64,000 nucleotides of DNA from an uncultured Candidatus Saccharibacteria bacterium (GTDB lineage: Bacteria > Patescibacteriota > Saccharimonadia > CAILAD01 > JADZBC01), in the NCBI GenBank assembly GCA_964413715.1, contig CAYPSN010000001.1, positions 135,573 through 199,572 of the forward strand, read 5' to 3'. Below the pieces are notes generated by a model. That model was not told the DNA's origin, searched no databases, and was given only the letters and a program-made list of their open reading frames with translations. Positions 8,664 to 17,189 of this stretch are shown here, one piece after another (within the stretch, counting starts at the first letter, position 1; every line of letters starts with the position of its first letter). Position numbers and translations under genes: made by a program.

Positions 8664-9176
8664 ATGGCTACCATATCATCTAACCTGCCGCTACTCGACA
8701 AGAGCACATCGACAACAGATTGCTGCCCCATCTTCCGGCCGAAAGACTGGGATGGCAAGGTCTTTACCTTCAAAGACAAGCCGTTTATTAAAGACCATAC
8801 GGTGAGTTTTTTGCACATTCCGCTCAATATGAGCAAGGTAATGGCGCGACTTTCTAAAACAGCTGAAGATGCTCATGCGAGTGCCGAGGACTTCATCCTC
8901 TTAAGCCAAGACACCTCTCCCTGGCATGCCGACCACTATTATGCGGTGTCGAAATCAATCAGTGGCGCCGAAAACGTCACACTAACTGGCACGTATTACG
9001 CCAAAGTATACGAAGGCGAGTACAAAGACATGACTAAGTGGTATAAGGACTTGATTGCTGCCGTAGAGCAGCGTGGCGATGAGCTCCAAGAAATCTACTT
9101 TTATTACACCACCTGCCCTAAGTGCACCAAGGTGTATGGCAAAAACTATGTGCTGGGCTTTGCAAAAATAGGGTAG
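8664..9176 (+). CDS. hypothetical protein with C-terminal CPKC motif, intermediate GC
   Basis: ATG with AGGAGG RBS; no family assigned. Confidence 0.6.
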   Translation: MATISSNLPLLDKSTSTTDCCPIFRPKDWDGKVFTFKDKPFIKDHTVSFLHIPLNMSKVMARLSKTAEDAHASAEDFILLSQDTSPWHADHYYAVSKSISGAENVTLTGTYYAKVYEGEYKDMTKWYKDLIAAVEQRGDELQEIYFYYTTCPKCTKVYGKNYVLGFAKIG

Positions 9177-9193
9177 CCAGCGACATACTGAAT

Positions 9194-9236
9194 ACGAAAA
9201 GAGCCCCGACTGGAGTCGTGGACTCTAATCGGGGCT
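9194..9236. terminator. bidirectional terminator of the AGAGCCCCG family
   Basis: GCCCCGA...TCGGGGC stem flanked by A/T tracts; between convergent genes. Confidence 0.7.
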
Positions 9237-9258
9237 TGTAGGGCCGTTGGTGCGGTGG

Positions 9259-9756
9259 CTAGACCGCGCGCAGGTGGGGAGCGGAGAGTTCCTCGGCCAA
9301 CTGCTGCAGAGCCTGCTGGTCCGCTTGCAGCTGAGCGAGCTGCTTGCGGCAGGTGGCGGCCTTATCTCTGTGGCTGGTGTAGCCCTGCGCCAGCATGTCC
9401 TCGCTGTACTGCAGCCGCTGCTGCACCGCCTTGATGGTCTCGCTGAGGATGGCCATGCGCTGCAGCAAGCAGGCCGCCACAGCCTGCCGGCTGTACTCGC
9501 CGAGCTTGGCGATCAGCTCCGGCTTGCCCTGGACCTGATCCAGGTAAGCGACGGCGGCGGCCACCTCCGCGTAGTGCTGGGTCGCCTTGCCGATCCGCTC
9601 CAGCGCTCGGTCGACGTCACTGTCGAACCGCGCCATCCAGGTGGTGTGGCGCTGCTCATGCAGCACCGCCAGGACGGCGATGAGCAGCAGCAGGAGGATC
9701 ACGGCGATCCCACCCAACAGCCACTCGGTCTTGGTCAGCTCTTCGAAGATGCCCAT
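9259..9756 (-). CDS. GC-rich membrane-anchored coiled-coil protein
   Basis: start at MGIFEEL (ATG 9756) with GAAAGGCGG RBS; N-terminal TM helix then Ala/Gln/Leu-rich helices. Confidence 0.55.
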   Translation of the reverse strand: MGIFEELTKTEWLLGGIAVILLLLLIAVLAVLHEQRHTTWMARFDSDVDRALERIGKATQHYAEVAAAVAYLDQVQGKPELIAKLGEYSRQAVAACLLQRMAILSETIKAVQQRLQYSEDMLAQGYTSHRDKAATCRKQLAQLQADQQALQQLAEELSAPHLRAV

Positions 9757-9803
9757 CGGGCACCACCGCCTTTCATTGTTTGTAGGGTACAACGGTCTGG
9801 TGA

Positions 9804-9832
9804 ATTATATCTTACATTTATTTATTTGTCAA
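9804..9832 (-). promoter_or_regulatory. consensus sigma70 promoter TTGACA-17-TATAAT (minus strand)
   Basis: exact consensus hexamers with 17-bp spacer. Confidence 0.6.
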
Positions 9833-9916
9833 TTGTATTTGACATATGTAAATCGGATTATCTTGCATGCATAATGGGCATTTTGCAAGTCATCTTATCC
9901 ATTTTGTTAAACGATA

Positions 9917-9945
9917 TTGACATATTCACTGCTATTGTATATAAT
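9917..9945 (+). promoter_or_regulatory. consensus sigma70 promoter TTGACA-17-TATAAT (plus strand)
   Basis: exact consensus hexamers with 17-bp spacer, then AAGGAGGGGG RBS and ATG 9982. Confidence 0.6.
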
Positions 9946-9981
9946 GCAAAGACTTCGCTCTAGACCCAAGGAGGGGGAGCC

Positions 9982-10338
9982 ATGACCGAAGACCGAATCT
10001 TCGAACTCGAGGTGGTCCGCGCCACCATTCCCGGACAGGCGCCCGGGCTCGTCATCTACCTGGTGGAGAGCCACGGCCTGTTGGCGGTGCCGCGCGAGAT
10101 CTACCGATCGAGCAACACCGGCCAGGCCATCGTGCTGCAGCATGGTACCGTCCCCAGCTTCGCAGCATGGGAGCCCGGTACCTTCACCGAGATCCGTGGC
10201 TACGAGGCCCTGCGCGAGCAGATCATGCGCGTGCTGGACCCGCCAGAAGATCTGATCAAGGATGCGAACACGCTGGCCGACACGATGGTCACCCATGTTC
10301 GTTCTGAGATCGAGCCCATGCCCGGGCAGTACGCGTAG
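9982..10338 (+). CDS. GC-rich hypothetical protein (118 aa), ORFan
   Basis: strong RBS; high GC; terminator downstream. Confidence 0.55.
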   Translation: MTEDRIFELEVVRATIPGQAPGLVIYLVESHGLLAVPREIYRSSNTGQAIVLQHGTVPSFAAWEPGTFTEIRGYEALREQIMRVLDPPEDLIKDANTLADTMVTHVRSEIEPMPGQYA

Positions 10339-10365
10339 CGAAGATCCGCCCCTGCATTGGGGCAC

Positions 10366-10403
10366 CCAGCCTCCCGGCTTACCCCGGGAGGCTTTCGCTT
10401 TCT
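10366..10403 (+). terminator. terminator AGCCTCCCGG-cttacc-CCGGGAGGCT + TTTCGCTTTC
   Basis: 10-bp perfect stem plus U-tract. Confidence 0.65.
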
Positions 10404-10427
10404 CAAGCAAAGGCAAAAAACAATACA

Positions 10428-10456
10428 TTGACTTTAGTGCTATATTCTTGTATTAT
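10428..10456 (+). promoter_or_regulatory. sigma70-like promoter TTGACT-17-TATTAT
   Basis: read directly. Confidence 0.55.
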
Positions 10457-10517
10457 ATGCCTCTGCAGATCAACTGTTTCGTACCTTAACCATTCCGTTC
10501 CGACCCAAAGGGGAAAG

Positions 10518-11264
10518 ATGTTCACTCGCTACACCAACTCACACCCAGCTGCGAAGGTGGTGATCTTCGCAGCAAGCCTCGGCCTCATGTACTGGGCCTT
10601 CTACCTCATCTACGGCAACCACACCTCAGCGATCCTGCTGGTGGGCAGCGTGGCCGTGCACGAGCTCGGGCACCTGGCGGCCTACCTGTACTACGGCCTG
10701 CGTGGTGGCATCATCTTCCTGCCGCCAATTGGCGCCGTGATGATCCCCAGCGATCAAGAAGCTGCCAAGCGCATGCAGGAGTGGCGCAAGGGCATCGTGG
10801 CGTTCGCCGGCCCGGCCGTGAACATCGGCCTGGCTGCCGTCGGCCTGGTCATGATCGTGTTCATGCCCGAGTGGCGCAACTTCGGCCTGATGATGACGTC
10901 GCTGAATGGCACCCTGGCGGCCTTCAACCTTCCCCCCTTCAGCTTGCTGGACGGGGGAAACGTCGCCAAGGCGTTGTTCAACAGCGCTGATGAGGCGGGT
11001 GACCGTCGCATCGTCTGGTACCTGACCCGGTCCATGATCGGTTGCTTCGTGGCCATGGCGCTGTTCGGCACGGTGTCGCTCATGCCGGTGTTGTTCATCT
11101 GGCGGCTGCACACTGCGGCCAACGACGACGACCCCTTGGCCTGGCGAGAGCCGACGGCCATGAAGAAGCGTGAGCTGCACCAGATGACGCGGCTCTACGC
11201 CGCAGCTGCCGTGGTGACGTTCTTCATCGCCGCGGTGTTCCGGTACTGGAACGACTACCGCTAG
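10518..11264 (+). CDS. peptidase M50 (site-2 protease-like) family membrane metalloprotease
   Basis: HELGH zinc-binding motif in a TM helix (VAVHELGHLAAYL), multi-TM architecture; ATG 10518 with AAAGGGGAAAG RBS; high GC. Confidence 0.7.
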   Translation: MFTRYTNSHPAAKVVIFAASLGLMYWAFYLIYGNHTSAILLVGSVAVHELGHLAAYLYYGLRGGIIFLPPIGAVMIPSDQEAAKRMQEWRKGIVAFAGPAVNIGLAAVGLVMIVFMPEWRNFGLMMTSLNGTLAAFNLPPFSLLDGGNVAKALFNSADEAGDRRIVWYLTRSMIGCFVAMALFGTVSLMPVLFIWRLHTAANDDDPLAWREPTAMKKRELHQMTRLYAAAAVVTFFIAAVFRYWNDYR

Positions 11265-11305
11265 CACGTGCTAGCACGCAGGGCGCGGTGGGCTGAAATA
11301 GGACC

Positions 11306-11349
11306 CACCGGCCTCCCGGCCTTCGGATTACCCGAAGGCTTTTTCTATT
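11306..11349 (+). terminator. terminator GCCTCCCGGCCTTCGG-attacc-CGAAGGC + TTTTTC; related to the 10366..10403 terminator
   Basis: hairpin plus U-tract; shares GCCTCCCGGC...TTACCC with the upstream copy. Confidence 0.65.
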
Positions 11350-11503
11350 ACTTGAATATTCCACCTGGCCATACCTCCTTACATGTCGCAATATTATTTC
11401 CTACAATGGGGTAAATAGAGCTATAGACCAAAGCAGCTGCCAGGTTCAAATAATGCGCGGGTCTTTACCGCGCCTCTGCGTAAACTGACCGGATGCATCA
11501 CAT

Positions 11504-11531
11504 TGACTAAACAGTATTTTTATGCTATTAT
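11504..11531 (+). promoter_or_regulatory. sigma70-like promoter TTGACT-16-TATTAT(TGCG)
   Basis: read directly; -10 context TATTATTGCG identical to the promoter at 19624..19652. Confidence 0.55.
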
Positions 11532-11566
11532 TGCGTTCTCACATTCGTCAACGGAAGGACAGTGAG

Positions 11567-11965
11567 ATGACCGACACGGTCGCATTGGAACCCGGCAAGG
11601 TCGAGGAGATCTTCCTGGACTGCCTGTTCAAGGAAGGCGAGGACACCAGCAACCACGTGCCTGCCGAAGGCATCACCATGATGGTCGGCTTCCACCCGGA
11701 GCGGCTCGAGAGCCACCGTGAGGAGATCAAGGCCCTGCTGGCCGAACTGCCCGACGAGTTCAAGAGCTCGGAGAGGGGTGGTGGCGGTGGCTGGTCGTTC
11801 CTCAACGCCTGCATGGATCGCCACGGCCAGCAGTGGACCGGTCTGCACAAGATCATGGAGCAGCTGGTGACCCTCGGCGTCGCTCTCGGCCTGGTGGACT
11901 ACACCCTGCCACGCGACATGTGGGGCGTCATGCCCGGAGGAGTGCCGTACTTCGTCGTCAAGTGA
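11567..11965 (+). CDS. GC-rich hypothetical protein (132 aa) with internal Gly5 stretch
   Basis: ATG 11567 with GGAAGGACAGTGAG upstream. Confidence 0.55.
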   Translation: MTDTVALEPGKVEEIFLDCLFKEGEDTSNHVPAEGITMMVGFHPERLESHREEIKALLAELPDEFKSSERGGGGGWSFLNACMDRHGQQWTGLHKIMEQLVTLGVALGLVDYTLPRDMWGVMPGGVPYFVVK

Positions 11966-12054
11966 CGACATCAGCCCGCATGGGCCGTCTGCCGGCGCGT
12001 CAGTCCGGCTCTTCCCAAGTTCATAATTTGAAAATTGTGAGTTTAGGAAGGTAT

Positions 12055-12105
12055 ATGAAAAGAGCCCCGAGAAGAGCTTGGGGCTCTTTTCGGGGCTGAG
12101 GGTAT
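12055..12105. terminator. bidirectional terminator, AGAGCCCCG family (two nested GAGCCCC units)
   Basis: AAAAGAGCCCCGAGAAGAGCTTGGGGCTCTTTTCGGGGCT. Confidence 0.7.
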
Positions 12106-12117
12106 GGCCAACTGGCA

Positions 12118-12600
12118 CTATCGGCGAAAGGACTGGGACCACTCCGACGCATCCATGGCGTCTTGTACGGCCATGTCGGTCATTTCGCGCTCGATGACCT
12201 CGCGTCGGATCCACGGGACAACCCCGTAGAAGTAGAAGATCAGGAGCAGGACGACCACCGCCCTGACTGCCAATTTGGCGATTCCGGACGCTTGGTAGCC
12301 GGTGTCATTCAAGACCGCCCAAATGCCCCCGAGGCAGATGGAGAGCAGCATGAATACCGCCACACCCATCAACGCCAGGATCGGCATAAGCCAGCACAGT
12401 CGCACTCGGAGCGTCTTGACCTGCTGAAGTCTCTGCTGCAAGCTGCCGATGCGTCGCGTCAGACTCACGGGTCGTTGCGGATACGGAAGCTGAACCCAGA
12501 GCGCCAACAGCTCATCGTGCGATGCCTGATAGCGCTCTTCGGCGTCCTGTAAGCGCATCAACACCGGGAACATTTCCCGGTTGAATTTCGTGTTTTTCAA
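12118..12600 (-). CDS. GC-rich membrane protein (2-3 TM), ORFan
   Basis: TTG start with GGAGGA upstream (alternative ATG 9 codons later). Confidence 0.5.
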   Translation of the reverse strand: MKNTKFNREMFPVLMRLQDAEERYQASHDELLALWVQLPYPQRPVSLTRRIGSLQQRLQQVKTLRVRLCWLMPILALMGVAVFMLLSICLGGIWAVLNDTGYQASGIAKLAVRAVVVLLLIFYFYGVVPWIRREVIEREMTDMAVQDAMDASEWSQSFRR

Positions 12601-12632
12601 CGTTCCTCCAAACGGGATATCACGGTCGTAAC

Positions 12633-12661
12633 ATTCTATAATGTTATAGGCATTATGTCAA
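12633..12661 (-). promoter_or_regulatory. sigma70-like promoter TTGACA-17-TAGAAT (minus strand)
   Basis: same -10 variant (aTAGAAT) as the 8413..8441 promoter. Confidence 0.55.
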
Positions 12662-12687
12662 TATATTACCTTGATATCTTAAGCGCC

Positions 12688-12733
12688 GACGAAAAGAGCC
12701 CCGAGGGGAGCAAGGGGCTCTCTTCGGGGCTCG
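12688..12733 (-). terminator. terminator, AGAGCCCCG family
   Basis: GAGCCCCGAGGGGAGCAAGGGGCTC plus TTTTCG on minus strand. Confidence 0.7.
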
Positions 12734-12749
12734 TTAGCCCTGCGGCGTC

Positions 12750-13109
12750 CTACACGCCAGGGTCAAGGCCGTGAGCGTGGAGCATGTCCGCACTCTCGCG
12801 CAGGAAGCTTTCGCCATCGGGTGAAAGCTGGTACAGGCGTGTGGTCCAGTCTCCCTGAACCAACCGAGGTGACGGCCACACGTAGCCTTCCTCGGCCTGA
12901 CGATTCAAGAGGTTCTGAAGGAAGTACACATCGCACTTGAGGTCGTCTGCCAGGTGTCGAAGCTCCTTGGGGCGACCGACGCGCTTGAGGTGGCAGAGCA
13001 CCACCCAGTAGTTGTTGGCTTCGAACTTCTTGTTAGCACGGATGCGCCACGCCCACACTCCCATGAGGAAGAAGACGAGGCACATCGTTATCTGAATGAG
13101 GAGTATCAC
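12750..13109 (-). CDS. GC-rich small membrane protein, ORFan
   Basis: GTG start at 13109 with GGAGGT upstream. Confidence 0.5.
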   Translation of the reverse strand: MILLIQITMCLVFFLMGVWAWRIRANKKFEANNYWVVLCHLKRVGRPKELRHLADDLKCDVYFLQNLLNRQAEEGYVWPSPRLVQGDWTTRLYQLSPDGESFLRESADMLHAHGLDPGV

Positions 13110-13157
13110 ATGACCTCCGTGGCCACTCGATGTTTGGAAGGGTCTATACGAAGTCGA

Positions 13158-13185
13158 ATTATATACTAAATATAAGATTAGTCAA
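13158..13185 (-). promoter_or_regulatory. sigma70-like promoter TTGACT-16-TATAAT (minus strand)
   Basis: read directly. Confidence 0.55.
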
Positions 13186-13217
13186 TGATTTCTATTGAAG
13201 CAGAGCTACGCTTATGC

Positions 13218-13246
13218 TTGTAAAAGAAGGTTGATGATTAGATAAT
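13218..13246 (+). promoter_or_regulatory. sigma70-like promoter TTGTAA-17-GATAAT
   Basis: read directly. Confidence 0.45.
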
Positions 13247-13285
13247 CACATAGTCCAAAGGCCACAACGAGTACTAGGAGGTAAC

Positions 13286-13468
13286 GTGGCAGTATTGAAG
13301 GAATTTTCGCTTCTGCGAACCGTGTGCGATGCATGTGGCGGCAACTACATGGCCATCGAGTCCACCGACGATCCCACCAAGGTGCAGCTGCTCTGCAGCT
13401 GCCGAGCAGTCCGCCTGATGTCCAGACAGAGCCCGGTGATCCGGCAAGCTCTGGAGGACTCGGAATGA
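13286..13468 (+). CDS. small Cys-rich (zinc-ribbon-like CxxC...CxC) protein, 60 aa
   Basis: GTG start 5 nt after AGGAGG. Confidence 0.5.
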   Translation: MAVLKEFSLLRTVCDACGGNYMAIESTDDPTKVQLLCSCRAVRLMSRQSPVIRQALEDSE

Positions 13469-13866
13469 ACCCCGTGGTTCTGCGCGTACGCTATCGGCCC
13501 ATCGGCATCGCCGAGGCCAAGGCACGTCAGCTGAGCAACGACAATGAAGTCGTACGTAGCGTCATGGCGGCGGTGGCGTTTCGTAGTTTCGGTGACAAGG
13601 TCGATGGGAAGCTCAAGGACCACGTGCGCCTGGAGTTCACTGCGGCCAGCCCGCTGGACTGCAACTGCCCAGCGATGTCGTTCGAGCTGGAGTGGACTGA
13701 TCCGGACATGACCCAGCGCAAGCTCGATGCGCGTTGCGATTCGCTCGCAGCCGCCCTGGTAGACCTCATGTCTGGACCGATCGACATGCTGGTAGTAGTG
13801 CGGGTAGGCAGCATGACGTCGCAGCTGGAGTCTTTCAAGCGACAGGCTACATCAGCCGCGCAATAA
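13465..13866 (+). CDS. GC-rich hypothetical protein (133 aa), ATGA-coupled to the upstream small protein
   Basis: ATG 13465 with GGAGGA 6 nt upstream, overlapping stop of the previous ORF; the track ORF 13324..13866 is in the same frame but starts earlier. Confidence 0.5.
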   Translation: MNPVVLRVRYRPIGIAEAKARQLSNDNEVVRSVMAAVAFRSFGDKVDGKLKDHVRLEFTAASPLDCNCPAMSFELEWTDPDMTQRKLDARCDSLAAALVDLMSGPIDMLVVVRVGSMTSQLESFKRQATSAAQ

Positions 13867-14023
13867 CAAACCACTTTTTGGCAAAGGAGGCCACGTAAAA
13901 GCCCCTTGCTGAAAGGTGGTTTTTACGTTGGTGGAGTTTGGAACTGATGTGAATCACAAAGTCCTAACGCACACATATATGATGTGTAACTTTGCGATTC
14001 CCTGATAGGGTATAATGTAGGTA

Positions 14024-15559
14024 ATGGCCAAAATGCAGCTGAGCAAATCTGAGTATATGATGTTTCTAAAACATCCCGCTTGGTTGTGGCTCAAAAAGCA
14101 CGCCAAAGACAAATTACCCCCGCCCGATGATAACTTGCAGGCGATGTTCGACGCTGGCAATACCTTTGAAAGCTATGCTGAGCAGCTCTTTGCTGGCGGC
14201 GTGCGCTTGGGATTTGATAACTACCAAGAGTATTTGAGCTTGCCTGAGCGCACCAAGCAAGCCTTGGCCGAGGGAACAAAGACGATCTTTCAAGGCAGAT
14301 TCGAACATGAAAAACTAACCTTTATTTGTGACGTGCTCGAGGTGGTGGGCGTGCGCATGGTTGATCTAACCGAGATTAAGTCGAGCACCACCGCTAAAGC
14401 TGATCATGAATACGACCTTGCCTTCCAAGTGTATGTGCTAGAAAAGTGCGGCTGGCAGGTGCGCAACGTTGCGGTGGTGCATGTAAATAACGAATACGTC
14501 CGCAGTGGTGCGATTGACCCCAATAAGCTGTGTAGCAAAACAGACGTTAGCCACGCAGTGCGCCAAAGACTTTCCCAAACTGAGCGTGACATTCAATCCG
14601 CCCTGAAAGTTATGAGCGAGCCCACCATGCCAAATCCCTCGCCGGCACGCTGTCGGCTCGGTAGCCTAAAAGAATGGCTGACCATATACAAAGGCTTGGT
14701 TGATGTCGAAGAGGGGAGTATTTACGAACTTTGCCGGCTCGACCCGAGTTTGATTGCGGTGCTGGAAGAGGAAGGCATTACTAAGCTGCGTGACATTCAC
14801 CCCGACTACGTGCAAAAACCCGCCCAAAAACTTCAACTCGAGGTGGTGCGCAGCGGCAAACAGATTGTACAAAAAGATAAAATTCGCAGCTTTCTTGATG
14901 GCCTTGAGTACCCACTGTACTTTTTTGACTACGAAACGCTCTCGAGCGTAGTACCGTACTTTGATGGTATGCGCCCATACGGTCAGTATCCCTTCCAGTA
15001 CTCATTGCACGTTATTGACTACCACGGCGCCACGCCTCGCCACATGAGCTACTTGCACAAACACAACTCAAATCCAGCCGAAAGCCTGAGCGCAACACTA
15101 AGCAAGCAGATTGGCCCAAGTGGCACGATATTGGCATGGTACATGGGCTTTGAAAAGGCCTGCAACACGACGCTTGGTGAAATGGCACCCGAGTACGCCG
15201 AATTCTTCGCTAATATCAACAAGCGGATGCAAGATTTGATGTTTCCGTTTAGTAAAGGCTGGTATGTGGATGCGGCGTTTGGCGGCAGCGCGAGTATTAA
15301 AAAGGTTTTACCAGCCCTGGTGCCAAGCTTGAGCTATAAAGAACTCGACATTCAAGAGGGTGGAGCTGCTCAACGCCTGTGGATGGAGGCTGTATTGGAG
15401 GGCAAACGTGACGACGAGAAGGACTCAATTCTAGCCGCACTCGACAAATACTGCGAGCTCGATACTTGGGCAATGGTGGAGATATTCAACTTTTTAACCC
15501 AGTTGGTTGGCGAAAACAGTATCGTGGGCAAGCCTCAACAGCTGGCGCTGGATTGGTAA
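14024..15559 (+). CDS. DUF2779-like protein: PD-(D/E)xK nuclease core (VDLTEIK) fused to DnaQ-like DEDD 3'-5' exonuclease motif I (FFDYET)
   Basis: LSKSEY...HPAWLWL N-terminus typical of the family; leaderless (TATAAT 14011..14016, ATG 14024); backbone-like GC. Confidence 0.7.
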   Translation: MAKMQLSKSEYMMFLKHPAWLWLKKHAKDKLPPPDDNLQAMFDAGNTFESYAEQLFAGGVRLGFDNYQEYLSLPERTKQALAEGTKTIFQGRFEHEKLTFICDVLEVVGVRMVDLTEIKSSTTAKADHEYDLAFQVYVLEKCGWQVRNVAVVHVNNEYVRSGAIDPNKLCSKTDVSHAVRQRLSQTERDIQSALKVMSEPTMPNPSPARCRLGSLKEWLTIYKGLVDVEEGSIYELCRLDPSLIAVLEEEGITKLRDIHPDYVQKPAQKLQLEVVRSGKQIVQKDKIRSFLDGLEYPLYFFDYETLSSVVPYFDGMRPYGQYPFQYSLHVIDYHGATPRHMSYLHKHNSNPAESLSATLSKQIGPSGTILAWYMGFEKACNTTLGEMAPEYAEFFANINKRMQDLMFPFSKGWYVDAAFGGSASIKKVLPALVPSLSYKELDIQEGGAAQRLWMEAVLEGKRDDEKDSILAALDKYCELDTWAMVEIFNFLTQLVGENSIVGKPQQLALDW

Positions 15560-15562
15560 GCC

Positions 15563-15859
15563 GTGCGTAATTGGTCATTCAAGGCTAAAGTATGGCTGTG
15601 GCCTGGTGAAGCTGCCTGGCACTTTGTGAGCTTGCCGCAAGATGTGTCGAACGAAATCAAAACATTGTTCGAAGGCCAAACCAGAGGTTGGGGATCACTG
15701 CCCGTTAAAGTAAATGTTGGCGAGACAACTTGGAAGACTTCGATTTTCCCTGACCGAAAGTCAGACGCCTATATACTGCCGCTGAAGGCTAGTGTGCGCA
15801 AGGCCGAAGGCCTAGCTGTTGATTCTGAGCACAGCTTTGATCTAGTAATTCTTGTTTAG
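15563..15859 (+). CDS. DUF1905 family small protein
   Basis: KVWLWPGEAAWHFVSLP...VGETTWKTSIFP signature; 4 nt after the previous gene. Confidence 0.6.
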   Translation: MRNWSFKAKVWLWPGEAAWHFVSLPQDVSNEIKTLFEGQTRGWGSLPVKVNVGETTWKTSIFPDRKSDAYILPLKASVRKAEGLAVDSEHSFDLVILV

Positions 15860-15864
15860 AACAT

Positions 15865-15892
15865 TGATTTTATCTCATAATTAAGGCATAAT
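15865..15892 (+). promoter_or_regulatory. sigma70-like promoter TTGATT-16/17-CATAAT
   Basis: read directly. Confidence 0.45.
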
Positions 15893-15939
15893 AACCAAAT
15901 CTTGCCCAGCGGGGGCGAGCAGACCCGAAAGGGGATTCG

Positions 15940-16389
15940 GTGGGACTTCTCAGGAAGTACGAGTGCACCACAGGGATCTACGATCCCAGGTTTTACCACA
16001 GGGCGACTGCAGCCATCCGTGCAGAATGCCGAGAGGCTGGGGTGAGGTGCAGCAAACCAGATGCCACCCTTGCTGCGAGGGTCCTGCTGCAAGTGGCATA
16101 CGACGCAGATGCCGAGCCACACTTCTGCGGTGGTGGGCGTGCGAGGATGCTCAGCGACGAACACTCGAAGCGCCTGGAACGGATCTTCGCTGTGATCATG
16201 AGGCCGAACATCACCAACCCGATTGCAGACTCCGCACATGGACTCTGCAACAGCATGCTTGGTGGCAATGAAGGCTTCAAGCGAACCGTGAGACACGGCA
16301 GGACCCACCTGCAGATCACAGGCTCCGAAGTGATCGGAGTGGACCCTTCTCTCCAGAACGCGTCACCTGTGCTTCTGCAGCTGAAGTAG
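15940..16389 (+). CDS. GC-rich hypothetical protein (149 aa), ORFan
   Basis: GTG start with AAAGGGGA RBS; terminator downstream. Confidence 0.5.
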   Translation: MGLLRKYECTTGIYDPRFYHRATAAIRAECREAGVRCSKPDATLAARVLLQVAYDADAEPHFCGGGRARMLSDEHSKRLERIFAVIMRPNITNPIADSAHGLCNSMLGGNEGFKRTVRHGRTHLQITGSEVIGVDPSLQNASPVLLQLK

Positions 16390-16401
16390 GTGGTACGACC
16401 A

Positions 16402-16450
16402 GCCACCCCAAGAATGATGAACCGTCACTCCTTGGGGTGGCGTTTCATTT
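16402..16450 (+). terminator. terminator GCCACCCCAAG...CTTGGGGTGGC + GTTTCATTTG
   Basis: 11-bp perfect stem. Confidence 0.7.
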
Positions 16451-16453
16451 GAC

Positions 16454-16482
16454 TTGAAAAATAACAGCCTACCTGGTATGAT
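16454..16482 (+). promoter_or_regulatory. sigma70-like promoter TTGAAA-17-TATGAT
   Basis: read directly. Confidence 0.5.
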
Positions 16483-16552
16483 TCTAAGCCGTACTTGTGC
16501 GATTTGTACCCATCCCGCTGCGTTAGCGCGCAGCACATAGCGAAAGTGAGCC

Positions 16553-16915
16553 ATGACCACATACACGAGTGAGTCGATTGCAGAGGGTCTGGAGTTCTTC
16601 TGCGAGGGGGCGCAGATGGCGTTCCTGACAGAGCCAGACGACACCAACGCCAAGCGGTTCCTGAAGGGCTACATCACCGGCCAGGAAGATGCCGCACTGC
16701 TGCATCTCACGGGCAAGCTGTTGGCTACGGGCATGCCCATCCGTCTCGGCACCGGCGTGTTCAACCACACTGCGCGCGAGACGCTGGAGATGCTGCTCAA
16801 CGCCTACCTGTGGCCCTACTTCTGCGAAGACGATCTGGTCGAGCAGAAGATCCGTGCCAGCAGCCACTGCGGCCAGCTCCCTGCGCCCAAGCGCCGCGCC
16901 CAAGCCGCCGCGTAG
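16553..16915 (+). CDS. GC-rich hypothetical protein (120 aa), ORFan
   Basis: ATG with GAAAGTGAG upstream; hairpin plus T-tract at 16945..16972. Confidence 0.5.
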   Translation: MTTYTSESIAEGLEFFCEGAQMAFLTEPDDTNAKRFLKGYITGQEDAALLHLTGKLLATGMPIRLGTGVFNHTARETLEMLLNAYLWPYFCEDDLVEQKIRASSHCGQLPAPKRRAQAAA

Positions 16916-17027
16916 CACCGAACCACTCCTGCGGGAGGCATTACGCCACTCGAAGGGGTGGTGTTTTGTTTTACTTGCCTTGCATTTTGGCTTTCAAATT
17001 TCTACAATAGAGCCACACATTAACATA

Positions 17028-17189
17028 ACCTAGTATCGAGAGTGCAGTGAGAGATCTAGCTCTATGACCTGCCGGCAACCACTTTGTAAAAGAACGGTGC
17101 CCCTTCTAGCCCTGTGCGGGAAAGATAAGTGATAGACTTAACTCCTTTTTCCTGCCGGTGGCGGGATAGATACGAAAGGAGTTTTTTTT
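17028..17189 (+). promoter_or_regulatory. SAM-I (S-box) riboswitch with expression-platform terminator (CTCCTTTTTCC...GGAAAGGAG + T8) in the metK leader
   Basis: conserved S-box blocks recognisable: GAGAGTGCAGTGAGAGA, TATGACCTGCCGGCAACC, GGTGCC, GAAAGATAAG; directly upstream of metK. Confidence 0.65.

Noticed and set aside
10626-11267. 213-aa minus-strand ORF
   Set aside because: Antisense to the M50 protease gene, which has the HExxH motif, TM architecture and RBS.
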